A DNA stretch of 64,000 bases from a virus: positions 1-64,000 of the IMG/VR virus record IMGVR_UViG_3300020196_000016; one strand, written 5' to 3'. The notes under the pieces are model-generated. The model had not been told where the DNA came from, ran no database searches, and saw only the letters and a program-made list of their open reading frames with translations. Numbering within the stretch: position 1 is the stretch's first letter; every line of letters starts with the position of its first letter. Below, piece after piece: positions 1-9,389 of the stretch. A program made the position numbers and the translations under genes.

Positions 1-1
1 G

Positions 2-673
2 ACCGGGATTAGCACAACGATGACGAGCACGGAAAGATTTACGACGTTTTGGATTGCTCTTTTTAATTCTCATCTTTTTATCGCCAAAGTTAACTTTCTT
101 TACATTTCCAGTTTTTGGATCACGAACAAATACTTTAAATTTCTTTACATCACCACGCATTGGTTTACCGAGAGGAACATTTCTGCCTTTATATTTTGCT
201 TCAGTAATTAATTTATCAGTTCTGCAGTATTTGCATTCATTACATGTTTTTTCTTCTTCAACTTCTTCACATCCAACTTCAAGCATACAAGATTTACCAC
301 CTTCTTCCATGCCTTCATGTTCACCCATAGCTTCTTCTAATTCTTCTTCTGTTAATTCTTCTTCAACACTTACTGATTGTAGTCCAGTTGTTCCTTCGTC
401 TCTTTCTCCAGCAGCATTTTCTTCAACTTTACCGGTTGTTCCGACAGGTCCAGAAGAAACAGATTTTGCCGCATTTTCTTGGGCCGCTTCAGCGGCAGCT
501 TGTGCCTGCAATCTAACTATTTGAGTTTGTAAAGATTTAATCTCATTCTCGTTATTTTTTTTTGCTGAATTTATTTGATTTTGTAATGCTTGAATGGCGT
601 CTTTAGTTTCTTTTGAACCTTCATTTAAAATGTTATTTTTAAACTTTTTCCACTCAGTTAAATAATTTTTCAT
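2..673 (-). CDS. Phage protein, partial (runs off the window start); acidic middle and basic KKVNFGD...KSFRARHRC motif
   Basis: ATG at 673 just after the stop of the 553-aa gene; open frame to the window edge, translated by eye. Confidence 0.75.
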   Translation of the reverse strand, partial: MKNYLTEWKKFKNNILNEGSKETKDAIQALQNQINSAKKNNENEIKSLQTQIVRLQAQAAAEAAQENAAKSVSSGPVGTTGKVEENAAGERDEGTTGLQSVSVEEELTEEELEEAMGEHEGMEEGGKSCMLEVGCEEVEEEKTCNECKYCRTDKLITEAKYKGRNVPLGKPMRGDVKKFKVFVRDPKTGNVKKVNFGDKKMRIKKSNPKRRKSFRARHRCANPG

Positions 674-675
674 CT

Positions 676-2337
676 TCATTCTTCCTTTTTAGATTTCCAA
701 GAAACTTGTTTTGAACTCTTTTTATTCTTCATGCCTTTTTTGGTACACGCTGAAGGTGTTGGACGGCATGCTGGATATTTGCCTCTTTTTTCACCACTTT
801 GACGGCCACATGTTTTACATGTTTTACGACCGGTTTTTTTATCTTTACGACAAGTATTGCAATCTACCCAACCCTTGCTTTTACCTTTTCCACCTCTACG
901 AGAGAACCAACCATGAAGACCTTGACTTTTCTCTTTGTCAAAAGTTGTTTCATTTAGTGTATCTTCTTTATTATAAAAATAAACTTTTAATTCTGCTTGT
1001 TTCCAAAAAGGATTATTTTTATCCAATTCGTTTGCCAATAAATATAAAGCAGAAGTTCTATGAGCACCATCATTAATATTGTTATCTATAAAAATAATTG
1101 GTGGTAAATTTTTTACACTCTCTGGATTATTTTTTAGATATTTAGCATATTCTAAAACTTTTGTTGTTACAGCCCAGCTATAATCTCCTAACCTGCGCCG
1201 AGTCCACCGCCGCCATCGCCGCTGGCCTCGTCGCAATTTATAATCTTTTAATACATCTTTATAATATGGAATATCTGGATGTTGTGAGATAAGTTCGCCT
1301 ATTGTCATCTTTTTTTTAACAGGTTTTGCATCTGATTTAAATTCTTTAGGTTTACCGCTAGATTCACCTGGTTGTGGAACTTCTTCAGCTAATTCTTCTA
1401 ATAATTCTTCATCTAATTCTAATTCTTCTTCAAGTTCTTCTTCTTTTATATTGCCTTTTTTCTTGCGACATCTTACAAGATATCCGGAAGCATATGCGCT
1501 CGGCCAAACTTTATACTTTGCTCTTGCTTTATAATAGCAAGCATCTTTTTTACCTTCTTCTATCATGTTTTGAAAATTTAATATCTCTTCTTCAATACTC
1601 ATATCGCTATCATATGCTTGAAATTTAAGATTTGATAAAGTTTCTAAGTATCCTTGATTACGTAACATTTTAAATACAAGATTTTCTGTGGAATATTCCT
1701 CACCAGATTCTAATCCTGCTTGACGATACTTTCTTATCTTTTCTTTTAGTGTTTCTACGCCTTTAATTGCGTTTTCTAGATCTTTTTGACCTACCATCTG
1801 TGAAAGTTTAGAAATTTGATCTATAAAATATTGAGTTTTAACAACTACATCATTATAGTTTATATCTTTTTTGTTTGTTTCTGGTTTATTTATCCATTTA
1901 TCGTTCATAACAGAATAAATTCCAGTGGAGTGATGTGGTTCGTTTACATCTTGAATATAAAGCTCGACTTCATGACCCATAATCATAATATTATGATTTT
2001 TATTCCAAATTTGTTTCTTAGCGTCAAAATAATCTTTAAATGCTTTTATATATTCTTCTGGAATTTCATCAAAATCAACTAATACATGTAAGTCGATATC
2101 TGAAAATTGATTCCAGTTATAATTTGCTATTGAACCGGTTAAGATTATATCTTTTATTTTTAATGGATGCTTAAAACCACGAATAAAATCGTGAGCTATT
2201 TGTTTTAACTTGATAGTGATGTTTGGATTTAATTTATTTTGTTTTAAATCCCAAATTTTGGGATATAGATCGCTTTTCGGTGTTAAAACCGAAGGGTCTA
2301 CATTTGGTTTGACGGCATTTTCTTCAAAATTATTCAT
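676..2337 (-). CDS. Multidomain protein: Pol-beta-type nucleotidyltransferase, ParB-like segment and Cys/basic C-terminal motifs
   Basis: LTGS...SDIDLHV...ELY NTase motif; LPPII...DGAHR ParB/Srx-like motif; WVDCNTC...CGR...YPACRP tail. Confidence 0.7.
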   Translation of the reverse strand: MNNFEENAVKPNVDPSVLTPKSDLYPKIWDLKQNKLNPNITIKLKQIAHDFIRGFKHPLKIKDIILTGSIANYNWNQFSDIDLHVLVDFDEIPEEYIKAFKDYFDAKKQIWNKNHNIMIMGHEVELYIQDVNEPHHSTGIYSVMNDKWINKPETNKKDINYNDVVVKTQYFIDQISKLSQMVGQKDLENAIKGVETLKEKIRKYRQAGLESGEEYSTENLVFKMLRNQGYLETLSNLKFQAYDSDMSIEEEILNFQNMIEEGKKDACYYKARAKYKVWPSAYASGYLVRCRKKKGNIKEEELEEELELDEELLEELAEEVPQPGESSGKPKEFKSDAKPVKKKMTIGELISQHPDIPYYKDVLKDYKLRRGQRRWRRWTRRRLGDYSWAVTTKVLEYAKYLKNNPESVKNLPPIIFIDNNINDGAHRTSALYLLANELDKNNPFWKQAELKVYFYNKEDTLNETTFDKEKSQGLHGWFSRRGGKGKSKGWVDCNTCRKDKKTGRKTCKTCGRQSGEKRGKYPACRPTPSACTKKGMKNKKSSKQVSWKSKKEE

Positions 2338-2552
2338 TTTTCTATCTTTTTAGTTTTTTTATAGTAATTAGGGTCTTCGCTTAAATGATCCTTTGCTATT
2401 TCTTTTGCTATTTTTCTATCTTTTGTGTGTTCTAATTTATGTTCGATAGCATCTTCTAAATCTTTCGCATCAAAATCGCTATCTGGGCGATTATCGCCTT
2501 TACCACCCTTTAATTTTTGTTTATCTTTTATAACAATTTTAATTTTTTCCAT
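2334..2552 (-). CDS. Conserved small phage protein (DUF5661-like)
   Basis: EHT...IAKEIAKDHL.EDP.YY motif. Confidence 0.65.
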   Translation of the reverse strand: MEKIKIVIKDKQKLKGGKGDNRPDSDFDAKDLEDAIEHKLEHTKDRKIAKEIAKDHLSEDPNYYKKTKKIEK

Positions 2553-2558
2553 AATTTC

Positions 2559-3155
2559 TCACTTTTTTGGTGGTAGAACGCGCTTTGTTTTTCCGAAAAC
2601 CGGTGTATCGTCGTTTTTTACTTCGATAATCTCCCAAATTGTTCCACAAACAGCATCACAACCATATAAATTTGCTGATTTAACTTGAAAATCTTCAATA
2701 TTTTCAATAAGGTTTGGATTTTTGTAATCACACCAATAAAATTTTTCATCATTTCCTTGAAAAACACATACAGCATGCGATTGATATGTATCATCAGGCC
2801 ATCTTCCCTTCATTGTGAAGATAGAAAACCAAACTTTTTTTGCTAAATTTGATTTTTTTATAGCAGCACACCAATAAATTGCATGATCGTCGCAATCACC
2901 AAATGATTTTTCTTGTTGAAGACGACATTGAATTACTCTTGGATGTATTAGATAGTCATTTATTACATTCGCAATATTATCGTGCTTATATAATTTTCCA
3001 TAATTTAGTGTTTTTATTATTTGTTCTGTATTGAAGAATAGTGGAACAACGCAATTTGGAAGATTTTGTGAAATCTTCATCGTTAAAGAAAAATAAAGTT
3101 TGGTAAACCAAGCAAAGTTATACGCAAATTGTATAAACTTGTCTTTTAAATTCAT
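2559..3155 (-). CDS. Transglutaminase-like cysteine protease domain protein
   Basis: GDCDDHA ... HAV ... D triad pattern. Confidence 0.6.
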   Translation of the reverse strand: MNLKDKFIQFAYNFAWFTKLYFSLTMKISQNLPNCVVPLFFNTEQIIKTLNYGKLYKHDNIANVINDYLIHPRVIQCRLQQEKSFGDCDDHAIYWCAAIKKSNLAKKVWFSIFTMKGRWPDDTYQSHAVCVFQGNDEKFYWCDYKNPNLIENIEDFQVKSANLYGCDAVCGTIWEIIEVKNDDTPVFGKTKRVLPPKK

Positions 3156-3568
3156 TTTAAATCCTCAAACGCAGCAAATATTATACTTGGTAAGTCTGAA
3201 ATTACTTTATATTTAGATAAATCTTTTAGATTTACCCAAGCGAAATCATCGTGTTCAAAATCCAGTTTTGGTTCTCCAGTATATTTTGTTGTATAAAAGA
3301 AAGCGTGTTTTTTCTGTTTACTTACTTGTGGTAAAAACACCAAATCTGTTGGTGAAACATTTAAACTTGCTTCTTCTTTACACTCTCTTGACGCTGCTTC
3401 TTTTGGATTTTCTTCTGGTTCTAATTTTCCACCAGGAAGTCCATAGTGTCCCGGCATCCAAGCATCAGTTTGAGACCGCCTTAAAATTAAAACACTACCA
3501 TCTTTTATTATTACAACATGTGCGCTTGTAAAATTGTTATCTGTTATTTTTACAAGAATTTTAGACAT
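3152..3568 (-). CDS. NUDIX hydrolase
   Basis: Nudix box GGKLEPEENPKEAASRECKEE. Confidence 0.9.
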   Translation of the reverse strand: MSKILVKITDNNFTSAHVVIIKDGSVLILRRSQTDAWMPGHYGLPGGKLEPEENPKEAASRECKEEASLNVSPTDLVFLPQVSKQKKHAFFYTTKYTGEPKLDFEHDDFAWVNLKDLSKYKVISDLPSIIFAAFEDLK

Positions 3569-3609
3569 AAAAAACCTCGATATACTAAATAAATAGTTTA
3601 TCGAGGTTT
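3569..3609 (-). terminator. Hairpin with U-run directly before the NUDIX ATG; putative late-promoter motif in the loop
   Basis: AAACCTCGATA/TATCGAGGTTT 11-bp stem; loop contains CTATTTAT; 3' arm contains the SD GAGG. Confidence 0.7.
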
Positions 3610-3610
3610 G

Positions 3611-3802
3611 TTAAGTGATGGCTTTTTTAAGCCATTCTATGTTGACGTCTTTTAGATATATGTTATCTGTTTGAATTAATACATCATATAATTTTAAAAG
3701 ATTTTTTGCTTTTACTATTATTCCTAATTTTGCCGGTGAATAATTTATAAGATAAACCAAATCACCAACTTCAAATTCAGTCCTTATCTTTTTGGCCGTC
3801 AT
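3611..3802 (-). CDS. Small KOW/SH3-like family protein
   Basis: FEVGDLV...LGIIV pattern. Confidence 0.6.
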   Translation of the reverse strand: MTAKKIRTEFEVGDLVYLINYSPAKLGIIVKAKNLLKLYDVLIQTDNIYLKDVNIEWLKKAIT

Positions 3803-4352
3803 CGTTCATATCAGTATAATAAGAATAATCCATATCAGTATTATTTGTATACTCAAATGTATAGCTTGATGGTTCATCGTCGTAATATGTATCGTATTTA
3901 TCTTCTTGATTTGAGTCTGCGGGTGTTTTTAAATCCCATTCATTTGGAACGTCTTTTTTATCTTTTTTAGTTTCCGCAACTGGATCGGGAGCAAAAATCT
4001 TTTTTAACATGTCATCTGTTGTTTTCTTTTTAAACTTTTCCCATTCTTGTAATTCTTTTCCAGCAGCAGCCATATTGTGTCGCAAATTAGCAAGAGATTG
4101 AGAAGACATAATTAAATGATCTGATTTGAACCATTCATAATAACTACCAGCAGCTAAATTTTCCAATCCATCTGGAAACTTAACTTTTACAGCATATAAA
4201 AATTTACCTGGTCGCTCTTCATCATCGCTAATAAAATCAATAACACCAATTTTATCTAAATAATGTTGATATATATCTCTTGAATTATACCAGTGGTCCC
4301 AGCGTAGATCTGGTGTTGGAGTTATTTGAACCCAATCTCCTACTTTAAACAT
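3777..4352 (-). CDS. KOW/SH3-like N-domain protein with acidic tail
   Basis: MFKVGDWV...KIGVI; GGAG RBS. Confidence 0.65.
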   Translation of the reverse strand: MFKVGDWVQITPTPDLRWDHWYNSRDIYQHYLDKIGVIDFISDDEERPGKFLYAVKVKFPDGLENLAAGSYYEWFKSDHLIMSSQSLANLRHNMAAAGKELQEWEKFKKKTTDDMLKKIFAPDPVAETKKDKKDVPNEWDLKTPADSNQEDKYDTYYDDEPSSYTFEYTNNTDMDYSYYTDMNDDGQKDKD

Positions 4353-4450
4353 TATTCTTCTCCGCTAATAATAAAAAATAAAAATATTAAATGAGGTACC
4401 ATTATTGTTGATAATAAGATTATTAAATATACATCAATAAGGTCCACATA

Positions 4451-4780
4451 TTAAATATGTGTTTTATATGTGCGTTTACATTCAGGACACTTAGAAATAA
4501 TATTATTTTCACCATCTGTTAAGAGGGAATAAGTTTCTCTAGAACAATCAAGGCAAATTGGGTTTGCAAATGCTTGCTGTTTTTTCATTAATTCTTCTGG
4601 TGAATCTATAAAAAAATCATCTGTTGAAAATTCATTTTCTAAGTATTCGTGCCAATATTTCTGCATTTTTTCTTCCTCATCTTTATCCATTTTAATTCTC
4701 GTAAATTGATCTGGTGAAATAGAAATTTTATATGATGTTAGAATTGCGGCTAAGAGATCATTAAACATTTTAATTATCAC
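4451..4780 (-). CDS. Hypothetical protein with C-terminal zinc ribbon
   Basis: CLDC...CPEC. Confidence 0.6.
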   Translation of the reverse strand: MIIKMFNDLLAAILTSYKISISPDQFTRIKMDKDEEEKMQKYWHEYLENEFSTDDFFIDSPEELMKKQQAFANPICLDCSRETYSLLTDGENNIISKCPECKRTYKTHI

Positions 4781-4786
4781 TCTCTA

Positions 4787-5716
4787 TTAATTAATAATAC
4801 CAAAGTCTTTTCTCATTTTTAAAACCGCTAAATTTTTTCCTTTTGCTTCTACATCAACATCAATTTTATTTTCCAGAATTAGTTCTTTCTGCTTTTCTGG
4901 AATATAGTGAATATTATAACTATGTTTTCGGCGCTCTGTAAAGGAGCCTTCTTCCATTCCCGGTTCAGTATTACTCAAATGCTGAAGAGGTTTAATGTTT
5001 CCCCAAGTTTTCATAGTTTCAATACACGCTGTAGAAATGTCCATGTTACCAGTGTTGAACGTATGGTGGTGGCTGTCCCACACAATCGGCGTTCCGGTTT
5101 TCTCATGGATTTTAATCAATTCTGGAACACTATAAGAACTTTCATCGTTCTCAAGCGTTAATCGTTTACGCGTTGATTCGGGCAAAGAAAGAATACTGTT
5201 GATTGCTCGTTCAATGTTTCCACGCTTGCCGCCATGTATGTTGATGGCGTAATAAGGTGAATGTTCAAAACCCATTTGATCAAACATCCAAGCGTGGTAG
5301 TTTAATTCTTTGATTGCGTTTTTAATTACATCATCACTATCACTGCTGATAACTGCAAACTGACCGGGATGACAAGTTACACGAATATCGTTCTTCTTGA
5401 AAAGATTTCCAAGAAGCTTAAATTTACTCAACAATACTTCGCTTGTCTTCGCAATATCTTCACAGAACTCAAAGAGTGGGAGAACATTGCTGGACATACG
5501 AAACGATTTAATATTTGCTGCATTAAGCTTAGGAACCAGCTTCAACAATTCATTTACATTGTTGATATAGGTTTCAAGGATTTGCTGTTGGCCGTATTTA
5601 CCTTTTTTATACGCACCCAACTGCAATAATTTTTCTTCAATTGAATTTTCATAAACAATAGAACCATCACGTTTTGTGCACGGCTCCAACCACTGACAAC
5701 AGATTGATAGACTCAT
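4787..5716 (-). CDS. uvsE: UV damage endonuclease
   Basis: FRMSS, HPGQF, NIHGG, LENDE, DSHHH and EAKGK motifs; start moved to ATG 5716 (GGAGG RBS). Confidence 0.92.
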   Translation of the reverse strand: MSLSICCQWLEPCTKRDGSIVYENSIEEKLLQLGAYKKGKYGQQQILETYINNVNELLKLVPKLNAANIKSFRMSSNVLPLFEFCEDIAKTSEVLLSKFKLLGNLFKKNDIRVTCHPGQFAVISSDSDDVIKNAIKELNYHAWMFDQMGFEHSPYYAINIHGGKRGNIERAINSILSLPESTRKRLTLENDESSYSVPELIKIHEKTGTPIVWDSHHHTFNTGNMDISTACIETMKTWGNIKPLQHLSNTEPGMEEGSFTERRKHSYNIHYIPEKQKELILENKIDVDVEAKGKNLAVLKMRKDFGIIN

Positions 5717-5733
5717 GCTGCCTCCAAAGTCAG

Positions 5734-5762
5734 AGGCTAACACGTCCAAACAAGGAGCGCAA
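5734..5762 (-). promoter_or_regulatory. sigma70-type promoter for uvsE
   Basis: TTGCGC-N17-TAGCCT with TG extension. Confidence 0.5.
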
Positions 5763-5767
5763 CCAAA

Positions 5768-6034
5768 CTACTTCTGGACTGGATAGTGTTGAATATAACC
5801 GTCTAAAATCATTTTTCTTAAAGAAGAATTTAAGACTGTTGTACTTCTCATTAAATCAACTGGAGTATCAGCACCATCGATAACCCATTCAACAGTTGAA
5901 ATATTATTTTGAATATTTACTATAATTCCTCTTCTTCGAATCATTTGCTCTATTTTTACAGGATTGGGAATTTGCTGAATCAACAAATCACCAACACTTA
6001 TATTACGAAAACTATAAGATGATGACATAATCAT
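5768..6034 (-). CDS. Small KOW/SH3-like family protein
   Basis: SVGDLL...GIIV...HYPVQK. Confidence 0.65.
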   Translation of the reverse strand: MIMSSSYSFRNISVGDLLIQQIPNPVKIEQMIRRRGIIVNIQNNISTVEWVIDGADTPVDLMRSTTVLNSSLRKMILDGYIQHYPVQK

Positions 6035-6222
6035 GCTTTAAAAGTATTCATGCTGATCTCAGCTAGTACTTTAATCTTTTCTACAGCTATCTTTAATATC
6101 TCATCTACAGTTTCTACATTAGCTTTATCTTTATCGTATTCTTTTCTTATTTCTTCCCATTTTTGTTCTAATTCTTCTAATTGAAGCTGTAAATCAAGTT
6201 GTCTGAAAGGTGAAGGTTTCAT
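6031..6222 (-). CDS. Hypothetical coiled-coil protein
   Basis: ORF in operon with GAGG RBS. Confidence 0.6.
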   Translation of the reverse strand: MKPSPFRQLDLQLQLEELEQKWEEIRKEYDKDKANVETVDEILKIAVEKIKVLAEISMNTFKA

Positions 6223-6233
6223 TTAGGTACCTC

Positions 6234-6470
6234 TTATAATTTAACTTTAAAATAACCAAATATTTCGTTTTCAACTCTCCATTTTATAATGGATTCAAAT
6301 ATTTCAGTTTCAAGAGCCATATCATTCCACAATATAGAATAAACATATTCAATATCTAATCGATCATATCTTACTTTTGTTATGATACCAGAAGACAAAG
6401 TCATACCATCGATATGCTCTGTAAACAAATCTCCAACGTTATAAAGTGGTTTTGTTGTCTTTCTCTTCAT
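6234..6470 (-). CDS. Small KOW/SH3-like family protein
   Basis: YNVGDLF...GIIT. Confidence 0.65.
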   Translation of the reverse strand: MKRKTTKPLYNVGDLFTEHIDGMTLSSGIITKVRYDRLDIEYVYSILWNDMALETEIFESIIKWRVENEIFGYFKVKL

Positions 6471-6741
6471 TACATTTTATTATCTTCAATATATATTTAT
6501 TATCGATTTTTAATTTTAATTTATTACGCATGGTTGTTTCTGAAAGTTCATCAAGTTGTTTATGGCGTGCCCAAAGTATTTTATAATTTTTTATATTTTT
6601 TCCATATAAAGAATTATATTCTTCATGAATATCGTAAACGATACCAATATCGTGGTGTTCTAAATTTAGATCCACGGGGCAATAATGAATTAAATCTCCA
6701 ACGTTGATAACAGATTTTTTTTCTTTCATAGCGCGCCTCAT
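6439..6741 (-). CDS. Small KOW/SH3-like family protein
   Basis: NVGDLI...IGIV...YKILW. Confidence 0.6.
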   Translation of the reverse strand: MRRAMKEKKSVINVGDLIHYCPVDLNLEHHDIGIVYDIHEEYNSLYGKNIKNYKILWARHKQLDELSETTMRNKLKLKIDNKYILKIIKCNEEKDNKTTL

Positions 6742-6772
6742 AAGCGCACCTTACATCTAACGAGCCAATATG

Positions 6773-7069
6773 TCAATCTTCTCCGAAATCTTCTTCATCA
6801 TCATCCGGAGAGACTTGATCTTCTTCCATATATTGTGTTACGCTATTGATATAATCATTAGCAAGACTTATATAGGAAGAAACCCATCCAGGAAGTTCAT
6901 CATCTTTTTGAATCAACTTATAAAGAACCAAGCTGTTTTTAATTAAATTACGAATTTCTCCGCGAGCCATTCTGCCTTCATGATCGTGCGGTTCTTTTCT
7001 TGGTTCTCTTTCGGCAACATCTAGCTCTTGATCGATCATTTCTAATAATATTTTATTATCTACCTTCAT
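6773..7069 (-). CDS. Conserved phage protein
   Basis: DHEGRMA...LPGWVSSYISLANDYI motif. Confidence 0.7.
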   Translation of the reverse strand: MKVDNKILLEMIDQELDVAEREPRKEPHDHEGRMARGEIRNLIKNSLVLYKLIQKDDELPGWVSSYISLANDYINSVTQYMEEDQVSPDDDEEDFGED

Positions 7070-7078
7070 ATTTGTTCC

Positions 7079-7570
7079 TTATTTAAACGGCCAGAAATCT
7101 TGTACGCCAAGCATTCGATCTAATTTATTTGCTTCTGCTCTTATTTCTTCTCTGGTTTTTTGATTACTTGGATCGTCAGCAGCCTTACCCATCATTAAAC
7201 CTTTGAGATAAGTGGATTCAATATTAATCATGTGTTCTAATTGCTTAACAAGACTCGGTTGACCGGTTAAGCGAAGTTTTATATCTTTACCAAGAACCCT
7301 TGCTGAAACAATTTTATATATTTTTTCAGCAAAATCGTTGAGTGCTTTTTTACGAACTTTTTCATCATTCATATCAACAATTCCACCAGCTTCTTCGCCT
7401 TCTTCCATTCTTTTTGGACAGCCTACTGTTCCACGGCGTTCGCCTACGGCGAGATTATCTGAGCCTGGTTTATGAGTATTGTTTGTAAAATATTGACTAT
7501 CTTCTAGCTTCATTTCATCGTTATATTCTATTACGTTGCCTCTTTGATATGGTTCTTTATAATGTCTCAT
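7079..7570 (-). CDS. Hypothetical protein
   Basis: 163-aa ORF with GGAG RBS. Confidence 0.7.
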   Translation of the reverse strand: MRHYKEPYQRGNVIEYNDEMKLEDSQYFTNNTHKPGSDNLAVGERRGTVGCPKRMEEGEEAGGIVDMNDEKVRKKALNDFAEKIYKIVSARVLGKDIKLRLTGQPSLVKQLEHMINIESTYLKGLMMGKAADDPSNQKTREEIRAEANKLDRMLGVQDFWPFK

Positions 7571-7628
7571 TTAATATCTCCGATAAGTTCATTAATAATT
7601 ATGCTAATCTAATTATAATAACACAAGA

Positions 7629-8021
7629 ATGAAAAAATTAGCATCTCCAAGAGCAAATAAAAGCATAAAAAGAATATATCTTGTAATATACGATCAACAA
7701 GAATTTTATGGATATGACGCAAACGCTCCAATAAAAGCTTTTAAAATAAAAAAGAATGCTGATTTATATGTAGCAAGCAGAAACTTCGAATTCCAAACTG
7801 TTTGTATGATGGATGATGAAGATTATGAAAACTATGTTCTTTCAAACAATTATTCAGATTATATTGTATCTGTAAGCGATTTTAGAGACGCGCATGGATA
7901 TATCAAAGAAGAAATATTGAGATTAGAAAAAAACAGAATACCAGTTAACATATGGGAAATATTAGAAAATATTAAACCATTTAAAATATTACCAATTGAA
8001 TATATAACAGAAACAAAATAG
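7629..8021 (+). CDS. Hypothetical protein (lone plus-strand gene in the AT-rich part)
   Basis: 130-aa ORF filling a gap with no competing minus-strand ORF. Confidence 0.7.
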   Translation: MKKLASPRANKSIKRIYLVIYDQQEFYGYDANAPIKAFKIKKNADLYVASRNFEFQTVCMMDDEDYENYVLSNNYSDYIVSVSDFRDAHGYIKEEILRLEKNRIPVNIWEILENIKPFKILPIEYITETK

Positions 8022-9389
8022 CTATATATCAATCTGGTCGATAACGTGTGTGCTGCTAAATGATAATTCGCGATAAAACTTTTTCACGAATTCCTTGGTT
8101 ATTTTGGCAATTTCTTTTTTGGAATCTTTATCTCGCAACAACTTCTCAAATTCATCACGAATAATCTTGCGAAGTTCATCTTTTGAAATCTCTTCGTTAA
8201 TAAGTGAACTTTCTTTAAGAACAATTTTTATTTTATTCATGATGATGTTTTCCTGTACACTTCTATTGTATCTTTGGGCCAATGGAATATCTAATTTATC
8301 TAACGAAGGCATTTCACCTTTTATAGAATTATATAGAAGCCCAGAAGCATAATCATATAATTCACGAGTGTTTGGTGATTTTTTTATGCTTTTCAATAAA
8401 TCACTTGGCAGAACATAAGCTTGCAATTTATTTGCTGCAGCAAATTTAGATTCTTCAGCTGTAAGCTGCGAATCAATAAATAATTTAAGCAATATCTTTA
8501 CAGCTTGTGGAAAGATAGATAATTTATCGGGATTCTTTTGTTTAAATCTTTCAACATAAGAAAGAAATTTATCTGCTTCATCTTGAAGATCTGTTTGCAT
8601 TTCAATATGTTGAAGATGATGTGACGTATCTCGTTCATCGCTTGATGTATTATCTAATACATCACGCGGAGGAAGACCAATCTTCCAATCACCAGCACCA
8701 AGAACGTTTGACATTGTATTTTGAAATAAATGCTGCAATTCATGACGAACACTGGTTTTGGTATCTTCTAATTCTGTATCAATATTTTCTATTATTGCTG
8801 GTATGCTTCGTGAGCCAACAGAAAGACCAGGTTCAGCTTCACCACGTGGTGTTTCAGTTGGAACAAAGAAAGAAGAATTAAATGTAACAATTATTTCATC
8901 AATATCCGATTTATATAATCCAGCATAATCTTTTTTTGTTGTTGTTCCTCTTGAGCCAAACTCAATAACAAATTGAATATCATTAACATCTTTGTTTTTA
9001 AAATAACGTTTTAAACGGTTTTTAAACGCTGCTGGTTTTATTCTGCCACGCAGATAGGTTTCAAGTTCTGGCCAAGCAACAAGGGCCATTATAAATTGTT
9101 CTATGGATATAGCTTCAATGACTTCACCATTCTTTATAACAGTATTAACATCTAAATCTCCAGTAAACCCAACTTGTCCAATGTCGCCAATTTCTTTTGC
9201 ATATTTTTTTTCAATTTCTTTTAAAAGTTTCCCATATCTTGTTGATAGCCTGGGATTAGAACTAGATTGTTTATTTATAAAATCAATAACAAGTTTTACA
9301 TAAGCAGCACGATAAGCACGTGTTACCTCATCAACAGTTTCTTGTGGAACTGGAAGTGTTCTGCTTTCTATTAGTTTAATTTTGATCAT
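8022..9389 (-). CDS. Hypothetical protein with HExxH zinc-metallopeptidase motif
   Basis: VRHELQH; 455 aa. Confidence 0.65.
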   Translation of the reverse strand: MIKIKLIESRTLPVPQETVDEVTRAYRAAYVKLVIDFINKQSSSNPRLSTRYGKLLKEIEKKYAKEIGDIGQVGFTGDLDVNTVIKNGEVIEAISIEQFIMALVAWPELETYLRGRIKPAAFKNRLKRYFKNKDVNDIQFVIEFGSRGTTTKKDYAGLYKSDIDEIIVTFNSSFFVPTETPRGEAEPGLSVGSRSIPAIIENIDTELEDTKTSVRHELQHLFQNTMSNVLGAGDWKIGLPPRDVLDNTSSDERDTSHHLQHIEMQTDLQDEADKFLSYVERFKQKNPDKLSIFPQAVKILLKLFIDSQLTAEESKFAAANKLQAYVLPSDLLKSIKKSPNTRELYDYASGLLYNSIKGEMPSLDKLDIPLAQRYNRSVQENIIMNKIKIVLKESSLINEEISKDELRKIIRDEFEKLLRDKDSKKEIAKITKEFVKKFYRELSFSSTHVIDQIDI

